This document shows, piece after piece, positions 62,101 to 64,000 of a stretch of DNA of 64,000 nucleotides. Below the pieces are notes generated by a model. It searched no databases, was not told the DNA's origin, and saw only the letters and a program-made list of their open reading frames with translations. Within the stretch, counting starts at the first letter, position 1; the number at the start of each line of letters is the position of its first letter. The stretch lies in the NCBI GenBank assembly GCA_000004985.1, contig GG738851.1; one strand, given 5' to 3'. The stretch is from Naegleria gruberi (taxonomy: Eukaryota). Position numbers and translations under genes: made by a program.

Positions 62101-63062
62101 CTCAAACTGAATGTAATGGAATTGTCGCTGTAATCCATTACAATGGCAGTACCACCACTAACTTGAAAATCAGATACCAAAACTCCATCACTACCTGAAA
62201 TAGAACCAGACATGCCTGTAACCTCATTAGTTTCCAAATTATACTTGTAAAGAAAACTGTCAGATAACATGTAGAACTCATTATTGGAAACTTGCAAGAA
62301 ATCTTTAGCATAATAATAATCATTCTTTTTCATGTAAATGGTAGAATCAGAAATCAACCACAAACCAGACATTGTTCCAGTTCCATAAAGAACAATTCTT
62401 CCATCATTTGCCAAACTAAAAGCTGTCAACAGAAGTTGACATGAGAGAGCATTGCTACCATCATAACATGGATTTGTATAAAACAAACCACTGCTACTAC
62501 CAAACACTTGAGTTAAAGCAAGAGTTGTCATGTTAAATATGAATATTTTGTGTTGTTGTTGATAAGTTGTTGTTCTGATGGCAATATCTCCATTACCATT
62601 GATAGAACAACCACCTTCATTGCCATAGGATGAATCTGTTTTAGAAAAGAGTAGTGTTGTTGTGGCTGTTACATTGTCGAGTTTGTAGATGGCAATTTGT
62701 GGAAAAACAACACTGACAATGTACAGATTCTCAGAACTCTTATCATATAACAAACAGCTGACAGAGGTAGAGTGTGAATAAAACTTTTCAACTGTGCCAG
62801 TTTGTTTGGAAATTTTACGAATTGGTTGATAGTTATTGTATGTGAAAATATCACCAGCTGATGTAATGGTATAATGAGCATAACTAACAAGAGTGTTCAG
62901 AGCTGGGTAGCCAGAACCATCGTCATTACCACCTGCATAGACAGAAGTATTGTAAAAAGTTGGATAAACAACATTGTCTGGCAAGGTGGTTGCTTCTTGT
63001 TGCATGGATTGACCAGCAACAAGCAAGAACAAGAATAGACAAAACAATAACTTGTTTCTCAT
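59166..63062 (-). CDS. Large secreted/membrane protein: signal peptide, multiple NHL-type beta-propeller repeats, seven tenascin-type EGF repeats, C-terminal hydrophobic anchor
   Basis: 1298 aa. Signal MRNKLLFCLFLFLLVAGQS. Many NHL-like blades (YFADPYNQRIRKL, IADLGNNRVRKVF, DIGNNRIFKIS). EGF units CSGHGYCLGLDQCSCFAGYNGSKCEDF repeated seven times with a C-x-C-x5-G-x2-C pattern. C-terminus is LLLMLVVFLSAFIVM. The antisense track ORFs inside are artefacts. Confidence 0.7.
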   Translation of the reverse strand: MRNKLLFCLFLFLLVAGQSMQQEATTLPDNVVYPTFYNTSVYAGGNDDGSGYPALNTLVSYAHYTITSAGDIFTYNNYQPIRKISKQTGTVEKFYSHSTSVSCLLYDKSSENLYIVSVVFPQIAIYKLDNVTATTTLLFSKTDSSYGNEGGCSINGNGDIAIRTTTYQQQHKIFIFNMTTLALTQVFGSSSGLFYTNPCYDGSNALSCQLLLTAFSLANDGRIVLYGTGTMSGLWLISDSTIYMKKNDYYYAKDFLQVSNNEFYMLSDSFLYKYNLETNEVTGMSGSISGSDGVLVSDFQVSGGTAIVMDYSDNSITFSLSYSIKKISPQTNTIQTIAGSGKNVPIPIDGLDPKQLSVVDTVATLSKSDEMYFGSLDANFMYKINSLEKSVFLPGAIERIKTIAIDKSLSNDVFYGGIEGSTEFRRSSIAKFNEISKLNAKISTSTNTLLNNTLNPIFGGRYVGLSVYQDEIYIADYKHHTIRKISKDSNMVVIIAGNGTVGFTGDGGLATEATLNNPSHAIVDSNGDLWIADLGNNRVRKVFGINGTITTVSGNGIPSSEVPPNIDVVSPIFLTESPSGDAIYVTDWNLIKKIDKLTNQVSIIAGTGQIYEQNIDMEIPALEANINPLALVVRSENSLDAIYFADPYNQRIRKLYNNTVSSVPGSATDNVGGLEFDTLTGDFYVSTGNYQVRKITPQGQNVLFAGNGTNGFFGDGMRAVDAAIFPTLMLMKGRNLYFSNVDDPTNINNIKYVSVDQENATISTLIGGFGDGLKAENAYFGEVVYMDTDEKGNLYILEGSSRIRKITKSTGIVTTIAGLGNRIESGIPANQALFTAQSFSVVSEDVLLVPDIGNNRIFKISNGIITNIVGNYTRGYPEYNLPANETSVRDVQTILQTPEGEIIITLYGLSALLKLNKYTGKLEELKLDSVPDLYYSYVMRNRKGEFFYTTPKFVNKLTPYCVKGKLNSFKSYCVNECFGIADETKGCSGHGYCLGLDQCSCFAGYNGSKCEDFTCNSILKSQANVCSGHGICSSYNNCTCSLGYYGANCEEFDCFGTLKNSQSVCSGNGQCLDFNNCTCKEGYYGAACDKFDCFGVNSANSSVCSSHGSCPKPNNCSCDNGYYGASCGKFDCNGIGSDQSSVCSSHGTCSKPNNCSCDNGYYGNNCQLFNCFGQLYSDNSVCSGNGTCSKPNNCTCKNGYYGSNCESFNCKGVKSTDASVCSSRGQCIAPETCQCTLKNAFGSNCEFVTTPSTSKNINGHVSGVAARSVRLNVTTGMKSHSSQLLLMLVVFLSAFIVM

Positions 63063-63594
63063 GGTTTTGTTTTTTTGAAATGTGGATTTCCGTCAAGGTT
63101 TGGCCACAGGTCGCTTAAAAGTCTTTTTGTACGATCTCACAATGAGAAACTTGTCGAATAGTTTACAATAAATAAAATTCACCAAAGTGCGTTTGTGCCC
63201 CTTCAATATTTACCATCTCATTGTTTTTGAAGGAATAACCTACTTGGCAACACGTGTTTCGGTATTTCGGAAGCAGAGAAGTACATTCAAGTTTACCAAG
63301 AGAACTATTCGAAACAATCTCTTTTTGATCATTGTTCAAAATTGCATTTGAGTTTTACCAAATCATACCACTAATATTCTGGTGAATAACGAAACATTGC
63401 ATAAAAGAAACAATACATTCGCATATCAAAATTAATTGTTATTTCTATCCTCTAGATTATTGTTTGATTGACATTTAAATGAAAAATTAATTGTTTGATG
63501 TTGGTGGGAAATTGAGTAAAATTATCTTTTTTCAAAAATATCCATAAAAAGTTCAACAGTGATAAAGAGTAAAAAGAAGTTATGTGAAGTAAAA

Positions 63595-63712
63595 GACTAC
63601 AGCACCACAGGTTCCCAAGTTGTCTCCAACCTCAGCACTGATGTGGCTCGACGATGCTTAACTTCTCAAATCGGACGGGATGAGGTGCATGAATCGTGAT
63701 ATGGCCGTAGCC
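63595..63712 (-). rRNA. 5S: 5S ribosomal RNA gene (copy 2, inverted relative to copy 1)
   Basis: The reverse complement equals copy 1 except for two small differences: CGATTCATGC (copy 1 CGATGAATGC) and CAGTGCTGAGG (copy 1 CAGTACTGAGG). The same TGAATGG precedes the 5' end and a TTTT run follows the 3' end (GTAGTCTTTTAC). Confidence 0.85.
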
Positions 63713-64000
63713 ATTCAATACCTTAATTTGTGAAATATAAACCGATTTAAACCCCCTTTTCTTATTAATTCCTTTCAATAATCACCAGAATTAAAATGCA
63801 CTTGACTGATTTCACAACTATTCTTTTACAAGAACAAGTCACGTTTTTCATCATAATGAACTGCTTCCTTAATAAGTGCTGTCCCTTTTGTATTTTTTTA
63901 TTCATACAATTCTGAATGTGGTTCAAAACAATAATTTCATCCAATCATTATAGTTCCTATCATTGTAAACTGCCACGAAATATGAGAGTTTAATATTGAT

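Noticed and set aside
1-64000. Looked for prokaryotic defence/accessory systems: CRISPR repeats, operon-like co-directional short-spaced genes, RM, toxin-antitoxin, integrases.
   Set aside because: No direct-repeat/spacer arrays. The genes have spliceosomal introns, eukaryotic-type tRNAs and 5S rRNA, mitochondrial presequences and eukaryote-only domains (RasGEF, G-alpha, BTB, Kelch, NAC). The locus is eukaryotic nuclear DNA.

Overview
This window is AT-rich (roughly two-thirds A+T by eye) eukaryotic nuclear DNA from a draft assembly, with a 144-nt run of N at 47925..48068. It is not prokaryotic. Evidence: three cloverleaf tRNA genes with T-run terminators, two 5S rRNA genes, mitochondrial-type proteins (UQCRH-like hinge protein, ADHFE1-like Fe-ADH with a presequence), and short spliceosomal introns (GTAAGT/GTATGT...YAG, 38-164 nt) interrupting otherwise long single-exon genes. 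I therefore find no CRISPR array, operon or bacterial defence island.

Gene density is high (~40 protein genes in 64 kb) on both strands. Content: a receptor-type class III nucleotidyl cyclase (5'-truncated), a transmembrane RasGEF, several F-box-like proteins, an F-box/LRR gene whose stop codon carries a hAT-like non-autonomous transposon insertion (15-bp TIR, 8-bp TSD), an AlkB-like dioxygenase, vWA and VIT-vWA proteins, NAC-alpha, PGM3/AGM1, RtcA (three exons, two missed by the ORF track), an MDR oxidoreductase (three exons), a UQCRH-like hinge protein (hidden 3' exon), a ubiquitin-like + Zn2Cys6 fusion, an ankyrin-EDR1-kinase (three exons joining two ORF-track ORFs), a divergent G-alpha lacking the catalytic Gly-Gln, B-box/NHL and NHL+tenascin-EGF proteins, and Kelch and BTB proteins.

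The two 5S copies are near-identical, inverted, and ~44 kb apart, with tRNA-Val(AAC), tRNA-Lys(CTT) and tRNA-Thr(AGT) between them. The gene repertoire and intron style look amoebozoan (dictyostelid-like), but I cannot confirm that without a database search.

All product calls rest on motif recognition by eye. No homology search was run. Multi-exon genes are given as whole spans with exon coordinates in the evidence field.
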